A stretch of 64,000 nucleotides of DNA from an uncultured virus (IMG/VR IMGVR_UViG_3300020469_000014) (IMGVR_UViG_3300020469_000014:62001-126000); one strand, 5' to 3'; positions 30,292 through 40,364 are shown, counted from the stretch's first letter. Translations and numbers: made by a program. Notes: generated by a model not told the origin, from the letters alone.

Positions 30292-30542
30292 AGAGGTAAC
30301 TTAGATTTAGAAGTACGTTTTAAGTAATTCAATTCAGTTGCTTCCGCCTTCAATTTATCCTTTAGAGGTTTTGCGATTAATTTCCCAACTGACTCAAACT
30401 CAATATTATTTTCTTCGCAATAACTAATTATTGCTTCAATATAATTGAGCTCGGTGTCAAGTACCAGTTGTTCAACATCAGTAGTGAACTTGTGCTGGTC
30501 GAGAAATTTCTCTTTCAGCAGTTCATTAACTTCTTTCTCCAT
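30288..30542 (-). CDS. gp33: late promoter transcription co-activator
   Basis: Start MEKEV; NYIEAII.YCEENNIE.ESV.KLI.KPLK.KLK.EA..LNYLK. Confidence 0.85.
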   Translation of the reverse strand: MEKEVNELLKEKFLDQHKFTTDVEQLVLDTELNYIEAIISYCEENNIEFESVGKLIAKPLKDKLKAEATELNYLKRTSKSKLPL

Positions 30543-31215
30543 ACTCTCCGAGTTTGTGGGTGACGAATTCTTTAATATACTTGGTAAGAAGCTTAATATA
30601 GTCACGTTTGTTGGTCTTTTCATAAACTTTCACATCTCCATTATCAGCAACCATTAAGGTCACAATTTTCTCCACCGCAATACCTGTCATCTCAAAGTAC
30701 ATACAGGCATATGCAGTTTCTTGAACGAAATAGTTTTCTAACCACTTCTCTGGTTTAATCTTTTTAGATGTTTTGAAATCTATTACCGCTAACTCTCCAT
30801 TGTATTCGGCAATACAATCAACTCTTCCAGCAATACCGAAATACTCACTATATAGGGGTTTTTCCAGAGCGTGAATATTATCAATTTTGTTTAAGGCATC
30901 TCTTGCAGCAATCCACCTTGATTTTGTGGAAGGCAGAATGTCCTTCATAGAGTTGATATCTTCATTCAAGAGATACTTCTCAACCAGATCATGAAACTTA
31001 GTACCCCTGTCGGTGGCAACTTTTGTGATCTTATTGGCTTCTTCCTCACCTACCTTCTTACGCCATTTGATAAATGTTTGGCGATTATAAAAACTAGTTA
31101 TGGAAGTGATAGATGGAGCTTTCTTTCCGTTAGGAAGGGTATAATACCTAACTCCATCTATATTATTGGCTTCTAACTCAAAATCACCAAGTTTATTCAA
31201 ATGAGTAAACGTCAT
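30526..31215 (-). CDS. PD-(D/E)xK exonuclease
   Basis: PSITS, RGTKFH, AGRVDCIAEY, IDFKTS, YFVQ. Confidence 0.8.
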   Translation of the reverse strand: MTFTHLNKLGDFELEANNIDGVRYYTLPNGKKAPSITSITSFYNRQTFIKWRKKVGEEEANKITKVATDRGTKFHDLVEKYLLNEDINSMKDILPSTKSRWIAARDALNKIDNIHALEKPLYSEYFGIAGRVDCIAEYNGELAVIDFKTSKKIKPEKWLENYFVQETAYACMYFEMTGIAVEKIVTLMVADNGDVKVYEKTNKRDYIKLLTKYIKEFVTHKLGEYGERS

Positions 31216-31988
31216 AAAGAAAGAGCGAGTTTAGTAACCAAGTAGTTTCTTACTAGACCAGAGCGAACAATATCATCTATACCGAATTCAACCATACCGA
31301 AATCATCTTCCATGATCTCAATAATACGTTTAAAGTCTAAGATGCCATTCTTCTCATTGGATTTTGTAAGATCCGTTTGAGTAGAGTCACCACAAAAAAT
31401 TATTTTACAGTTATCTCCTACTCTTGTTATTATACTATCTAATTCATGAAAATTCAAGTTTTGCATCTCATCTACTAACACAATGCAATTATCAAGTGTT
31501 GTTCCCCTGATAAATGATGTGCTCCAAAATGAAATAGTCTCTTGTGCTTTTAAATTACCGTATAACATTTCAAAGTCATTGTCTGATGGCATTTCAAACA
31601 TGTACTTGACCATATTCTTATAAGGAATCTGGTAAAGTGATGACTTATCTTCATGGTCGCCTGGCAAGAAACCAATCTCTCTTGTGGAAACCAATGATCT
31701 GACAATGTACACCTTATCATATGGTGTCATTTCGTCAAGAACATCTTTGAGTGCGAGGTACAAACTGATAAAAGTCTTACCAGTTCCAGCACAACCGTAC
31801 CCAAATATATTCTTTCCTTTTGCATAGTGATCAAAGAATACCTTCTGGTTATCTGTGATGGGTTCTACGTCAACCATCACACTATTGTTAATTGGTCTCT
31901 TCCTACGTCTCTGCTTAGCAGTCATTCCAGCACCAACATTACTATCACGATGTTGACTATTAGTATTCCTTCTTTTTTTAGTTGTCAT
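31212..31988 (-). CDS. phoH: PhoH-family ATPase
   Basis: GCAGTGKT, IGFLPG, RGTTL, DEMQN, GDSTQTD, DIVRSG. Confidence 0.95.
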   Translation of the reverse strand: MTTKKRRNTNSQHRDSNVGAGMTAKQRRRKRPINNSVMVDVEPITDNQKVFFDHYAKGKNIFGYGCAGTGKTFISLYLALKDVLDEMTPYDKVYIVRSLVSTREIGFLPGDHEDKSSLYQIPYKNMVKYMFEMPSDNDFEMLYGNLKAQETISFWSTSFIRGTTLDNCIVLVDEMQNLNFHELDSIITRVGDNCKIIFCGDSTQTDLTKSNEKNGILDFKRIIEIMEDDFGMVEFGIDDIVRSGLVRNYLVTKLALSL

Positions 31989-31990
31989 AC

Positions 31991-32254
31991 TTAAACGATA
32001 CCTCTTTTAGCTAAACGACCCTGTATTCCAGAAGATTTTTCAGTTTTCTTTAAAATTTCATTCCAGCCTGGATGTTTGTTGTTGAGTTTATCTCTCCACT
32101 CTCCAACTTCTCCCACGCCTGGTACTGTTGATGGGTCTGAATAATCTCTGTCCCACTCTGGGTTATCAGATTTCCACTGATCCCAATCATGGACACTCAT
32201 TCTAACTTCTTTCTGTTCACGAGTTTCCTTGTGAACCACAGGGTACGTTGCCAT
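31991..32254 (-). CDS. conserved cyanophage hypothetical protein
   Basis: MATYPV..KET.EQKEV.MS; lies between thyX and phoH. Confidence 0.65.
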   Translation of the reverse strand: MATYPVVHKETREQKEVRMSVHDWDQWKSDNPEWDRDYSDPSTVPGVGEVGEWRDKLNNKHPGWNEILKKTEKSSGIQGRLAKRGIV

Positions 32255-32943
32255 TAAGATTCCTCTCCGTGAAGTTCTTTTTTAATTTGTTTTTGCATCT
32301 CAACCACACCATTTCTCCATTCTAATGCTTCAGAAACGATTGGAAACTGTTCTATAAAGACAGTTTTACATGCCTGTGCAATGTCCATGTGTTCCTTTTG
32401 AGTTCCATGAGCGGATCTCAGTTCAATATAATGAATCCATGATCTGCAAGAGCCTGTCATATAGATTCTCGTGGGCGTGCAGAGTGGCAATACCATTCTA
32501 GCACATTCCTTTGCAACGCCCTCCTCCAACATTTGTTGATATAAGGCGGTTGCAGAACTAAACAAAGTATTAATTTGTAGTTCTAACTTTTGTTTAACAA
32601 AGGGATCAAGATCATCAGTTGAGTTCTGACGATTCTTTAGATCTTGTTTCCTAAGTTTAGGAATAGGAATAGTTCCTAATTGTGTACTATCAGCATAACG
32701 CTGAGAGAACTCTTGAAAAGTAAATGATCTATGACGTAGAATCTGGGCTGCAATAGCCCGAGTCGTTTCGATTTCAAGAGTCATGCTCGATTGTTCAAAT
32801 ACTGACCAGTGATTATGACTGATACAATATTTTAATAATCCAGCAAACTTTTCATTGTCTTGGTTGGCAGGGTTAGAAACTCTGGCAATGTGTGCCATGG
32901 TCTTTTCTGCATCTGGTGTGATACTTACCAGTTTTACTGTCAT
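32254..32943 (-). CDS. thyX: flavin-dependent thymidylate synthase
   Basis: HWSVFE, QILRHRSFTFQEFSQRY, KECARMVLP. Confidence 0.95.
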   Translation of the reverse strand: MTVKLVSITPDAEKTMAHIARVSNPANQDNEKFAGLLKYCISHNHWSVFEQSSMTLEIETTRAIAAQILRHRSFTFQEFSQRYADSTQLGTIPIPKLRKQDLKNRQNSTDDLDPFVKQKLELQINTLFSSATALYQQMLEEGVAKECARMVLPLCTPTRIYMTGSCRSWIHYIELRSAHGTQKEHMDIAQACKTVFIEQFPIVSEALEWRNGVVEMQKQIKKELHGEES

Positions 32944-33090
32944 AATTCCTCTATTTGGTCACTATATGACACTTTTTGTCTTTTATCTTCCGATGTATAT
33001 TGTTCTAAATCAGAATAAACTTCGGACTCAAGTGCTTCAACAAGTAATTTTAAATTTTTTACAATTAGTTTTAGTTTTGTTTTTTCCATA

Positions 33091-33573
33091 TTAGATGAAG
33101 TAATTGAGGTTAATTACGCACCTACGAAGGGTATCAGTCGGGGAGCACCCAGCATGTAGAGTATTTGAGTTAAATACTACCATCCTGTTTGCTATACTGT
33201 CAACCTTTGTACCATCTTCAAATCGTGTGTAACCATCATTTGTATTTACATAATATATGGAAGTGATACAATCGTCAACATCTGTGTGAAGATCATATTC
33301 TTGCCTTTCGGGTGTTCTCATATTTAGATTAGCCTTAATCCTGACTATTGAGATGGGTTGCAACTCATTAATGATAGGCATGAGATTGTAAAAGAATTGA
33401 CTTCTAGGTTCAAATTGATGATAAAACACATGACAAAATTGATAATATCCATCATCAGGTGTATTAACACCTTTACCGAATTGCCATTGAAACGAAGGAT
33501 CCTCCATCATAGTTGTCTGGAGAGTCTTAAAATCTTCTGGTTTTAGAAAATCATCAATTACCTTCAGCTTCAT
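33091..33573 (-). CDS. putative 2OG-Fe(II) oxygenase
   Basis: RIKANL...LHTD...SIYYVNTNDG.T...NRMVVF....HAG...R.VINLNY. Confidence 0.65.
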   Translation of the reverse strand: MKLKVIDDFLKPEDFKTLQTTMMEDPSFQWQFGKGVNTPDDGYYQFCHVFYHQFEPRSQFFYNLMPIINELQPISIVRIKANLNMRTPERQEYDLHTDVDDCITSIYYVNTNDGYTRFEDGTKVDSIANRMVVFNSNTLHAGCSPTDTLRRCVINLNYFI

Positions 33574-33799
33574 TCGCTTCTTTCTCTAGTTGAGATACGA
33601 CCTTTTCAGTGCCGTCCATGATTTTAACTTGAAATAAGTTAGATTTCATATACTTCTTGATCTTTTTATATTTCTTCAACACCTTCTTATACTCTTGTTG
33701 ATTGATCTCAATATTACCTTGTTTGGCATCTCCAGAGTATTTACTGCCAGAAACGTCTCTGCCATCTCCCACAGGAGATGATCCACTATACTCACCCAT
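33554..33799 (-). CDS. hypothetical protein
   Basis: ORF track. Confidence 0.55.
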   Translation of the reverse strand: MGEYSGSSPVGDGRDVSGSKYSGDAKQGNIEINQQEYKKVLKKYKKIKKYMKSNLFQVKIMDGTEKVVSQLEKEANEAEGN

Positions 33800-33955
33800 T
33801 TACAATATCTCCTTCAAAGTTCATCATTGCCAACAAAGTATTATATGGAATCCATGCAGGGTCTTCATTATCGAACTGCACTTCGACTTCCTTGACGTTT
33901 TTCTGTAAAAACCTACTATATGAAGTTCTTACATTTTTCACAACACTTATAGGAT

Positions 33956-34258
33956 TCATAATTTACGTTTTGGTGGTTTTTTAGTTGGTGGTTTTTTCTT
34001 ATCTGGATTGAGCATATCCTCTTTCCAAAGCTTTGGATTGACATTACCTCTGGATTGAACCCATCCCTGTAGTCCCTTTTTATACTTGTCGTAGTAGTGG
34101 TCAAACATTTCCACTTGTTTTTGACATAAAGTTATGTCATGACACACTTTGTCGTCCTTTACATACGTCACAAGATATGCCGTATAAGGTAACTTTGTGT
34201 TTTCTGCTAGTTTTGGGTCACAATCTTCGTGGATAATTTTCAACTTCGGTTCCCCCAT
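33956..34258 (-). CDS. conserved cyanophage hypothetical protein
   Basis: IIHEDCDP...LPYTAYLV.Y...FDHYYDKY. Confidence 0.65.
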   Translation of the reverse strand: MGEPKLKIIHEDCDPKLAENTKLPYTAYLVTYVKDDKVCHDITLCQKQVEMFDHYYDKYKKGLQGWVQSRGNVNPKLWKEDMLNPDKKKPPTKKPPKRKL

Positions 34259-34824
34259 GTAATTTCTGGATAGGCTTCTGCCACTAATTCCTTAGTGATA
34301 TTATACTTGGTGTTGAGAGCTTTGTCTTTTACAAGAATAAGTAGTTCTGCCTCTGGTTGAGGTAGAGTTTGGAGAATATTAATAAAAATAGATTCTCTCT
34401 TGATCTTGTTAAGTTGATCGTCTCCACCCTTTACAAAGCGGTAGAATTGTCTTGCGGCATTACGAATAGTGGTTCTTTGTGGGATACCCTGTTCTCTATT
34501 CGCTTGAACATCCCCTTCTACAGGTTGATATGGCACTTTTCCATCTGGAAGTGCAGAGATGACCGATTCATCAAAATTCCAAATCATAACCATTTTAAAA
34601 GAGTCATCTCCATGAGTGCGGAGAAGTTCTACCTTCTTAGAATTAACTCTTTCCGAATCTACTGCTTCCAGTAGTTCATGAACCATAGGATTCGATGGCA
34701 GTTCTATCTTTTTAACTGTCACCGTCCTTGGTTTTGTTGCAGTTTTGCGAGTGGAAGTAGTTTTCTTCCTAGTTGACGCGGCTCTAGTCCTCGTCGTCTT
34801 CTTCGCTGTCGTCATTGTGTTCAA
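34240..34824 (-). CDS. conserved T4-like hypothetical protein
   Basis: IWNFDESV.S.LP.G.VPY...KRES.FI..L..L...EAELL...KDK. Confidence 0.65.
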   Translation of the reverse strand: MNTMTTAKKTTRTRAASTRKKTTSTRKTATKPRTVTVKKIELPSNPMVHELLEAVDSERVNSKKVELLRTHGDDSFKMVMIWNFDESVISALPDGKVPYQPVEGDVQANREQGIPQRTTIRNAARQFYRFVKGGDDQLNKIKRESIFINILQTLPQPEAELLILVKDKALNTKYNITKELVAEAYPEITWGNRS

Positions 34825-35014
34825 ACCTCACGGCTACTATTTCATCAGGAATAAGATTCCCATTTTCATCATACATCTCAGGATGCGTGTACGCCACTTG
34901 ATTTTGCATGTTGACGTAATTGTTTTGTTGGGCTAACCAGCCAATTATACCACCCAATACCAAAAATGTAAAGCATAATATACTGAATATTACAAGAAGT
35001 ACTGACGTTTCCAT
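34784..35014 (-). CDS. hypothetical membrane protein
   Basis: N-terminal TM helix; HPEMYDENGN..PDEI.A.RF. Confidence 0.65.
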   Translation of the reverse strand: METSVLLVIFSILCFTFLVLGGIIGWLAQQNNYVNMQNQVAYTHPEMYDENGNLIPDEIVAVRFEHNDDSEEDDED

Positions 35015-35181
35015 TGGATTCCTCCCAAGGTTAATTACTGGTTTTCTTTTTTATATCTAGCGATAATCTATATTCTCTGTCAAATAGAGAAAGTTTGATA
35101 TCGAAGAACTTTGGTGTTTGTTTTGGCGGTGCCCTTTTATCCCCTTTGAGTATAAGTTCAACGCCTTTATTTATGTCCATG

Positions 35182-35430
35182 TCAGGAGGCATCATCGGAA
35201 TAAACCCTATGTTCTTTTAAATATTTTAATGTTTGATTTGCATTACCTAGATTCTTACCATCCAAAACCACCTGTGGCATGGATAAAGTGTGAGGGAACT
35301 GGGTTTCAAACTCTTTTACAGTATAGTCTTTGTTTAGTTCCTTGTAAATATAGTCTTTACCCAACAGTTCAAGAACAGTTTTGATCTTGAAGCACATAGG
35401 GCATTCATCTTTTCCGTATATTACAAACAT
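35182..35430 (-). CDS. nrdC: glutaredoxin
   Basis: CPMC active site, MPQV. Confidence 0.85.
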   Translation of the reverse strand: MFVIYGKDECPMCFKIKTVLELLGKDYIYKELNKDYTVKEFETQFPHTLSMPQVVLDGKNLGNANQTLKYLKEHRVYSDDAS

Positions 35431-35618
35431 AGTTTTAATAATGGAGTACTTCTACTTTTTCCCAAGTGTGCTGAAAGATAAGTAAAGAACATAATGACTT
35501 TTCATTAATACATACTGTGAAGTATGGTAAGAGTTTACTACCGTCCAATCTTCTCATGGGAGTTTCTTGAGTATCTACAAAAAGAACCCGACCTTCTAGT
35601 GGTTTCCCACCTAAAATT

Positions 35619-35846
35619 TCAGGCACTCTGACTATCGATCCTTGACGAATAGATATCGTTCTCGCAGTATTCAAGAAAAAAGGCTTCGATTCCTTTTGTG
35701 TCTGATTTCCCCTGCGATACCCAGACATCGCAAAATTCGTACATTTGTCGGACATGATCGAGGGTGTTGTATTTTTTGAGGGCGAGCAAGGCCTTTTGAC
35801 GGATGGCCATGCGTTCATCAGTGTAACGCCAGTCATTCATCATCAT
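35619..35846 (-). CDS. hypothetical protein
   Basis: DWRYTDERM...YEFC..WVSQG; coupled to neighbours. Confidence 0.6.
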   Translation of the reverse strand: MMMNDWRYTDERMAIRQKALLALKKYNTLDHVRQMYEFCDVWVSQGKSDTKGIEAFFLEYCENDIYSSRIDSQSA

Positions 35847-36042
35847 CTGCGCTCTCTTTGATTGCTTTATCTAGTTTATCAAAAAGCCCATCGGCCGAAA
35901 CCAGATTTTCAATGTGAGATAACATAGCTCCCAACTCCCTACAAATGTAGGGTCTCTCTGTTCGTGCAGCAAAGGCGAGAGCTTCTCGAATGTGTCTCTC
36001 TGCCTCTTTCATACTGTCTTCTACTTGTCTAGATAGTGCCAT
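35833..36042 (-). CDS. hypothetical protein
   Basis: Start MALSRQV; REALAFAAR.ERP. Confidence 0.6.
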   Translation of the reverse strand: MALSRQVEDSMKEAERHIREALAFAARTERPYICRELGAMLSHIENLVSADGLFDKLDKAIKESADDDE

Positions 36043-36694
36043 CTTTTTTCTGAATTGAGTCCCAATCTTTCTGGAACAGGTCAAGGCCTTTGTCTGTAAG
36101 AATGTGGTTATACATCTTATCAAAGACACCCACAGGAATGGTACAAACGTCAGTACCAGCACCAAAACAACGTCCTACATGATGAACATCTCTCAAAGAT
36201 GCAGACAAAACCTGAGTTCTTACAAGATGTTCACGATATGTCTGTGCGATTGTCTGTACAAGTGAGACTCCAGATATAGAGTTATCATTCATTCTTCCAA
36301 CAAAAGGAGAGACATATGTTGCATCTGCTTTTGCAGCAAGAATCGCCTGAGAAACAGAGAATACCAAAGTTACATTAGTAGTGAATCCGTCAGATACAAG
36401 TAACTTACATGCTTTCAGTCCTTCAACTGTACATGGAACTTTGATAGTCACATTCTTCATATCTTTGAACACTTGAGCCTGTTCAATCATGTCAAGAGCG
36501 TTTTTTGCAACAACCTCAGCAGAGATGGACTCAAAATGTGGGAACGCCTCAGAGAGTCGTCTAATGACCTCTACAGGGTCTCCACCGTTTTTGCGGATAA
36601 GTGTGGGGTTTGTAGTTACACCGTCAATGAGACCCGACTGGTCACGTTTGGCGATTTCATCGTATTGAGCTGTGTCAAGAAAGATTTTCATCAT
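36029..36694 (-). CDS. talC: transaldolase (TalC/FSA family)
   Basis: KIFLDTA, DGVTTNPTLI, TIKVP, TNVTLVFS, YVSPFVGR. Confidence 0.95.
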   Translation of the reverse strand: MMKIFLDTAQYDEIAKRDQSGLIDGVTTNPTLIRKNGGDPVEVIRRLSEAFPHFESISAEVVAKNALDMIEQAQVFKDMKNVTIKVPCTVEGLKACKLLVSDGFTTNVTLVFSVSQAILAAKADATYVSPFVGRMNDNSISGVSLVQTIAQTYREHLVRTQVLSASLRDVHHVGRCFGAGTDVCTIPVGVFDKMYNHILTDKGLDLFQKDWDSIQKKDGTI

Positions 36695-36966
36695 TAGATT
36701 TGTGTTTCTTATAAAGTTTTTTAATCAACTTGGCGTATTTTACGTCCTCTTCAGTATACCAGTTAGGATTCTTTTTTGCAACCTTTATTAATCGTTTTGC
36801 CGTTTTTCTTTGATCTTTTCTAATGATTTCGTCCAACATGTTTGCTCTTTTTCTTTATTCCGTGTTCTGCTATTTAACATACCAGATAAGTAAAAATACG
36901 CTTTGGAACCATAACATCCAGATTCTCTTAATTTTCTGACGATCAATAATTGTTCTTCTAATTTAT

Positions 36967-37161
36967 TCAACGTCTTAATGTTTGTAAGTGTTCTAGGACA
37001 TGCTCACGAATCCACATCAGTTCATTGTAACAACCCTGATTATGAGCACAGGATCTAAGTTGAGAGTCTGGTTGATGAACAGACTCAATGAAGATGTCTA
37101 GACCACGATTCCATTTCACATCTTGCGGCTCGTGTTTATCAATCGAATTTTGATCTTCCAT
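36967..37161 (-). CDS. hypothetical protein
   Basis: WNRGLDIFIESV..PD..LRSCAHNQ.CYNELM. Confidence 0.6.
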   Translation of the reverse strand: MEDQNSIDKHEPQDVKWNRGLDIFIESVHQPDSQLRSCAHNQGCYNELMWIREHVLEHLQTLRR

Positions 37162-37173
37162 AAAATTAAGTAC

Positions 37174-37470
37174 TCAGTTTAGGGGGGTTTCTGGTGGGCA
37201 TTCAGTGCAATATTTATCAGCACCTGTAACTACTTTTACTTGTTCAATGGTCATCCATTGTTTCTCCATCTCTTCCACCAGATATGAAATTTTTTTGTTC
37301 TGTATCTCTACAGTCTCTAAAAGATATGCAATGGTATGAGAAAGCGTTTGCCTGTTACCATCCTCATCTTTGAGGTAGATTGTATAAGTTGTGCGAAATT
37401 TACGAACCAAGTGGATCCTGAGTATAACGTACAGAATCAAATTCGTAAAAACAATCCAAAAAAAAGTCAT
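37174..37470 (-). CDS. hypothetical membrane-anchored protein
   Basis: N-terminal hydrophobic helix; ATGA overlap with ho1. Confidence 0.55.
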   Translation of the reverse strand: MTFFWIVFTNLILYVILRIHLVRKFRTTYTIYLKDEDGNRQTLSHTIAYLLETVEIQNKKISYLVEEMEKQWMTIEQVKVVTGADKYCTECPPETPLN

Positions 37471-38153
37471 TTCTTAAATTTCGATTTAGCAAATCCAAAG
37501 GCCATTTTTGTGAGACTCCACAACACTGTCATGAAAGGGTATGGATCTCCCTCTGACAGTTCATTAAACATGTACATGTTCAACCGAAATGCAAAGTTTG
37601 CCTCAACTATAACATTGTTCTTTTCCATAAGAGGAAGAGAATCCAATGCAGCACGGTATTTTACCTTAAATTCCTTAGAACTGGGAATATCCTCAAATTC
37701 ATAGAAATCTAAACCACCATCATATAGGTTTAGTGATTTTTGTGCGATATTCTTGAGAATCTGTCCACCAGACAAATCTCCCAAGTATCTTGTGTAGTGG
37801 TGACCTACAAGTAGTTCTGGTTCTACTTCTTCGATACGAGCAATGTACTGTTTTGCTGCTTCAGAAGGCGATATAATCTCCTTCCAATCAGAACCATAAA
37901 AATACTCGCAATCTTTTGCAAGAGTATCAACTCTTTTCAGTTCATCAAAGGCAATCGGGGCGATTGCAGGGTGTTCCTTATTTGATTCAATCTCCTTTTC
38001 AAGAGCTTGATATACAAAGTAGAAATTGGCAATCAGTTTCCTGTAATTCTCCTTACTAATTACACCAGAAAGAAAATTAGAGACAAATCCAGTATTCTCT
38101 GCAGCACTGTGAGAGACTTTTGTGCCTTCTTTGATTTCTTTTGAAAAATTCAT
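37467..38153 (-). CDS. ho1: heme oxygenase
   Basis: Start MNFSKEIKEGTKVSHSAAEN; HHYTRYLGDLSGGQIL; EANFAFRLN. Confidence 0.93.
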   Translation of the reverse strand: MNFSKEIKEGTKVSHSAAENTGFVSNFLSGVISKENYRKLIANFYFVYQALEKEIESNKEHPAIAPIAFDELKRVDTLAKDCEYFYGSDWKEIISPSEAAKQYIARIEEVEPELLVGHHYTRYLGDLSGGQILKNIAQKSLNLYDGGLDFYEFEDIPSSKEFKVKYRAALDSLPLMEKNNVIVEANFAFRLNMYMFNELSEGDPYPFMTVLWSLTKMAFGFAKSKFKK

Positions 38154-38159
38154 AATGTT

Positions 38160-38188
38160 ATTATAGTATATCTCAGTCTTTTTGTCTA
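38160..38188 (-). promoter_or_regulatory. sigma70-type promoter for ho1
   Basis: TAGACA-N17-TATAAT. Confidence 0.6.
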
Positions 38189-38296
38189 GGGGGATGAAGA
38201 GATTCATCTATTGCTGGGTGAAAAGAGTATTCATTATTCCATTTGAACCCAGTATTGTTCATTTCTTGTTTTTTGGGTTTTATACCCAATAGTCTC

Positions 38297-38767
38297 TTAA
38301 TTTTGTTTAGCATCGAGATAATCCACAAATAAAATACCTTCTAAATGGTCAATTTCATGCTGAACCACTCTGGCAGCAATACCATCTAGTTTCCATTTCT
38401 TATATTTACCATCTTTATTTTGGAAGGTTATTTTTATTGACTTAGATCGTGATACTTCTCCATTTGTGTCGGGAACACTCAAACATCCTTCATCAAATAA
38501 TACTTTTTCTTCGCTTTTCCAAGTTATCTTGGGATTTACCATCAAATGAGCATACCTACCATGTTCTTCTGTCGTCTCATCTACCAATATCACTCTTTTA
38601 TTAATTCCTATCTGTGGTGCTGCCAAACCAATACCATCCGCTTCCCACATAGCATCACACATGTCTGTATAGAGTTCTGCTATTTCTTTTTTATCAAAGA
38701 CGACTTCCTCAGAAGTAACTCTGAGGCATCTATCTCCAATAGTTTTAATCTTCTTCGGGGAAGTCAT
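38297..38767 (-). CDS. def: peptide deformylase
   Basis: GIGLAAPQIG, EGCLS, QHEIDHLEG. Confidence 0.95.
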   Translation of the reverse strand: MTSPKKIKTIGDRCLRVTSEEVVFDKKEIAELYTDMCDAMWEADGIGLAAPQIGINKRVILVDETTEEHGRYAHLMVNPKITWKSEEKVLFDEGCLSVPDTNGEVSRSKSIKITFQNKDGKYKKWKLDGIAARVVQHEIDHLEGILFVDYLDAKQN

Positions 38768-38881
38768 AAGGTCCGTTTAATTTACGTTCTAGTTCTCTTT
38801 CATCCAAGATATCGTTAATGAGTTGTCTTAACTCAAGTCGAAGTTGAGGATGAAGGTAAGGATATTGATATTCTTCTTTTT

Positions 38882-39169
38882 TCATAGTCCATTCCAAAAT
38901 GTATCGGTAGGTGATGCCATGTTTCTTGAGATGAAGTACAGACCTATGTTACATAGGAACCAATAGATGTTAACCATCCATGCCTGTCTGAAACAATACT
39001 TCCTGTTGACCTCTGCGATGTACTGATTTCTCTCGTTTACCTCCGCAAAATCAGATAAAGGTCTTGCTTTTAACCATTGTTCTAATAAGAATGAAATAAC
39101 AGTGCCGATCGCAAAGACATAGAATAGCAGGTTCAGTAAACCTGCGATTGTGAATAAAAAACTAATCAT
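38882..39169 (-). CDS. hypothetical membrane protein
   Basis: Start MISFLF; two hydrophobic segments. Confidence 0.6.
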   Translation of the reverse strand: MISFLFTIAGLLNLLFYVFAIGTVISFLLEQWLKARPLSDFAEVNERNQYIAEVNRKYCFRQAWMVNIYWFLCNIGLYFISRNMASPTDTFWNGL

Positions 39170-39308
39170 CGTGGTCATCAAATGGGTCATCTAATCCTTC
39201 GTTTGCAAAGAATCCTCTGTAAATGCCATAAAATATGAACAATACAGTGATAACTGCAATTGAGATGGGTAATGTAAATTCTGGGTCAAATGTGTAATGG
39301 GAAATCAT
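39162..39308 (-). CDS. psbN: PsbN-like photosystem II assembly peptide (48 aa, absent from ORF track)
   Basis: MISHYTFDPEFTLPISIAVITVLFIFYGIYRGFFANEGLDDPFDDHDD: one TM helix plus the PsbN-type C-terminal L.DPFDDH.D. Confidence 0.75.
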   Translation of the reverse strand: MISHYTFDPEFTLPISIAVITVLFIFYGIYRGFFANEGLDDPFDDHDD

Positions 39309-39553
39309 CATCTTCTACTAATAAAAACGTCGCCTTCGCCATCATCATCTTCATCTCTTCGAGGATTGAAGACTAATAACTGTTCTCCAGACTCTACATC
39401 TCGCATTTCTGGATGTAAATCTGATCTCTTGGTTCTTGTTGGTTTGTTCATTTCATCAAATGTCGCAGTCATGGTTTTAAACATAAATGCAAATGTTGCC
39501 CCCAATAAAGCGACAAAAAAGGTCAAATACAAAAATATCATGAAATCGTTCAT
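39308..39553 (-). CDS. DUF2973-like membrane protein
   Basis: N-terminal TM helix, HPEM, EQLLV. Confidence 0.5.
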   Translation of the reverse strand: MNDFMIFLYLTFFVALLGATFAFMFKTMTATFDEMNKPTRTKRSDLHPEMRDVESGEQLLVFNPRRDEDDDGEGDVFISRR

Positions 39554-39882
39554 CTGTTGAATAACTTTTGGATGGGAACTTGCCTCACTCTATCTATAAC
39601 GTCATTTTCGACTCTATCTACGATCCTGTCCAATAAACCAATATCAATCTGCATGAATGGCGGAATGATACCCAATAAACGGAGTAATCCATCTACAAAT
39701 AAAGCAAGAGTTGTAAATCCAAGGATCATACTGAGGACAGTTGCATCACGATTATGTTTTGCCATTGATGCTTCATCAATCTTCCTTGCCTCGCCTATGG
39801 CATATTTGATGAGTTCATCAACCTCTTCTTTTGTGTATGTATCCCTTTTTGGTTTATATACGTCTGAAATAGGTAAATCCAT
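39550..39882 (-). CDS. hypothetical membrane protein
   Basis: Start MDLPIS; IDEASMAKHNRDAT.LSMILGF. Confidence 0.6.
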   Translation of the reverse strand: MDLPISDVYKPKRDTYTKEEVDELIKYAIGEARKIDEASMAKHNRDATVLSMILGFTTLALFVDGLLRLLGIIPPFMQIDIGLLDRIVDRVENDVIDRVRQVPIQKLFNR

Positions 39883-39885
39883 AAG

Positions 39886-39953
39886 CTGACCCTGTAGGAC
39901 AGAAAAATACCCGAATTTTTTTACCAGCTTTTTAGGCTTTGAAAGCTGATTTT
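39886..39953 (-). repeat. dispersed intergenic leader element, copy A
   Basis: 39911-39953 matches 43283-43325 at 37/43 positions; internal CAGCTTT...AAAGCTG inverted repeat. Confidence 0.75.
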
Positions 39954-39961
39954 CGTTTTGG

Positions 39962-40231
39962 TTAGTATCTATCTGGAATTTTGTCATAACTTTTGGAGTA
40001 GTCTGAGGGTTTCGCTTGTCGGATACATCCAACAGCTTTTTCAAAACAAACTGAATTGAATTTGCCGTCTACTCCGATCAAAGTTATCTTAGTATGCTGA
40101 GAATGAATCTCAACTTCTTCTACTAAGTATGTATTTCCTTCGATAAGTTTAAGTTGAGGATCATCATTGTTCCCCCACCTAACTTGCTCAGGTGTACAAC
40201 CCAAAAATCTGACTTGATCTCCTATTTTCAT
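39962..40231 (-). CDS. hypothetical protein
   Basis: EQVRWGNNDDP...VEIHSQHTK...FNSVCF. Confidence 0.6.
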   Translation of the reverse strand: MKIGDQVRFLGCTPEQVRWGNNDDPQLKLIEGNTYLVEEVEIHSQHTKITLIGVDGKFNSVCFEKAVGCIRQAKPSDYSKSYDKIPDRY

Positions 40232-40335
40232 AGTCCTCTATGTGGATCATAATATAAAAGTGTCCATGCAATGTAAATGGTTGCTAGGACACTGGGAATT
40301 AGTAATAAAGGCATTGTAATGCAATGGTTAATTAA

Positions 40336-40364
40336 ATTATATCGGAATCTTGATCTTCTGTCAA
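40336..40364 (-). promoter_or_regulatory. consensus sigma70 (early) promoter
   Basis: TTGACA-N17-TATAAT. Confidence 0.75.

Noticed and set aside
30526..31215. Cas4-like nuclease suggesting CRISPR
   Set aside because: Core T4-like exonuclease in its usual gp33-phoH context; no repeat-spacer array seen
37467..38153. ho1 without pebS/pcyA
   Set aside because: A partner could lie outside the window; cannot be judged here
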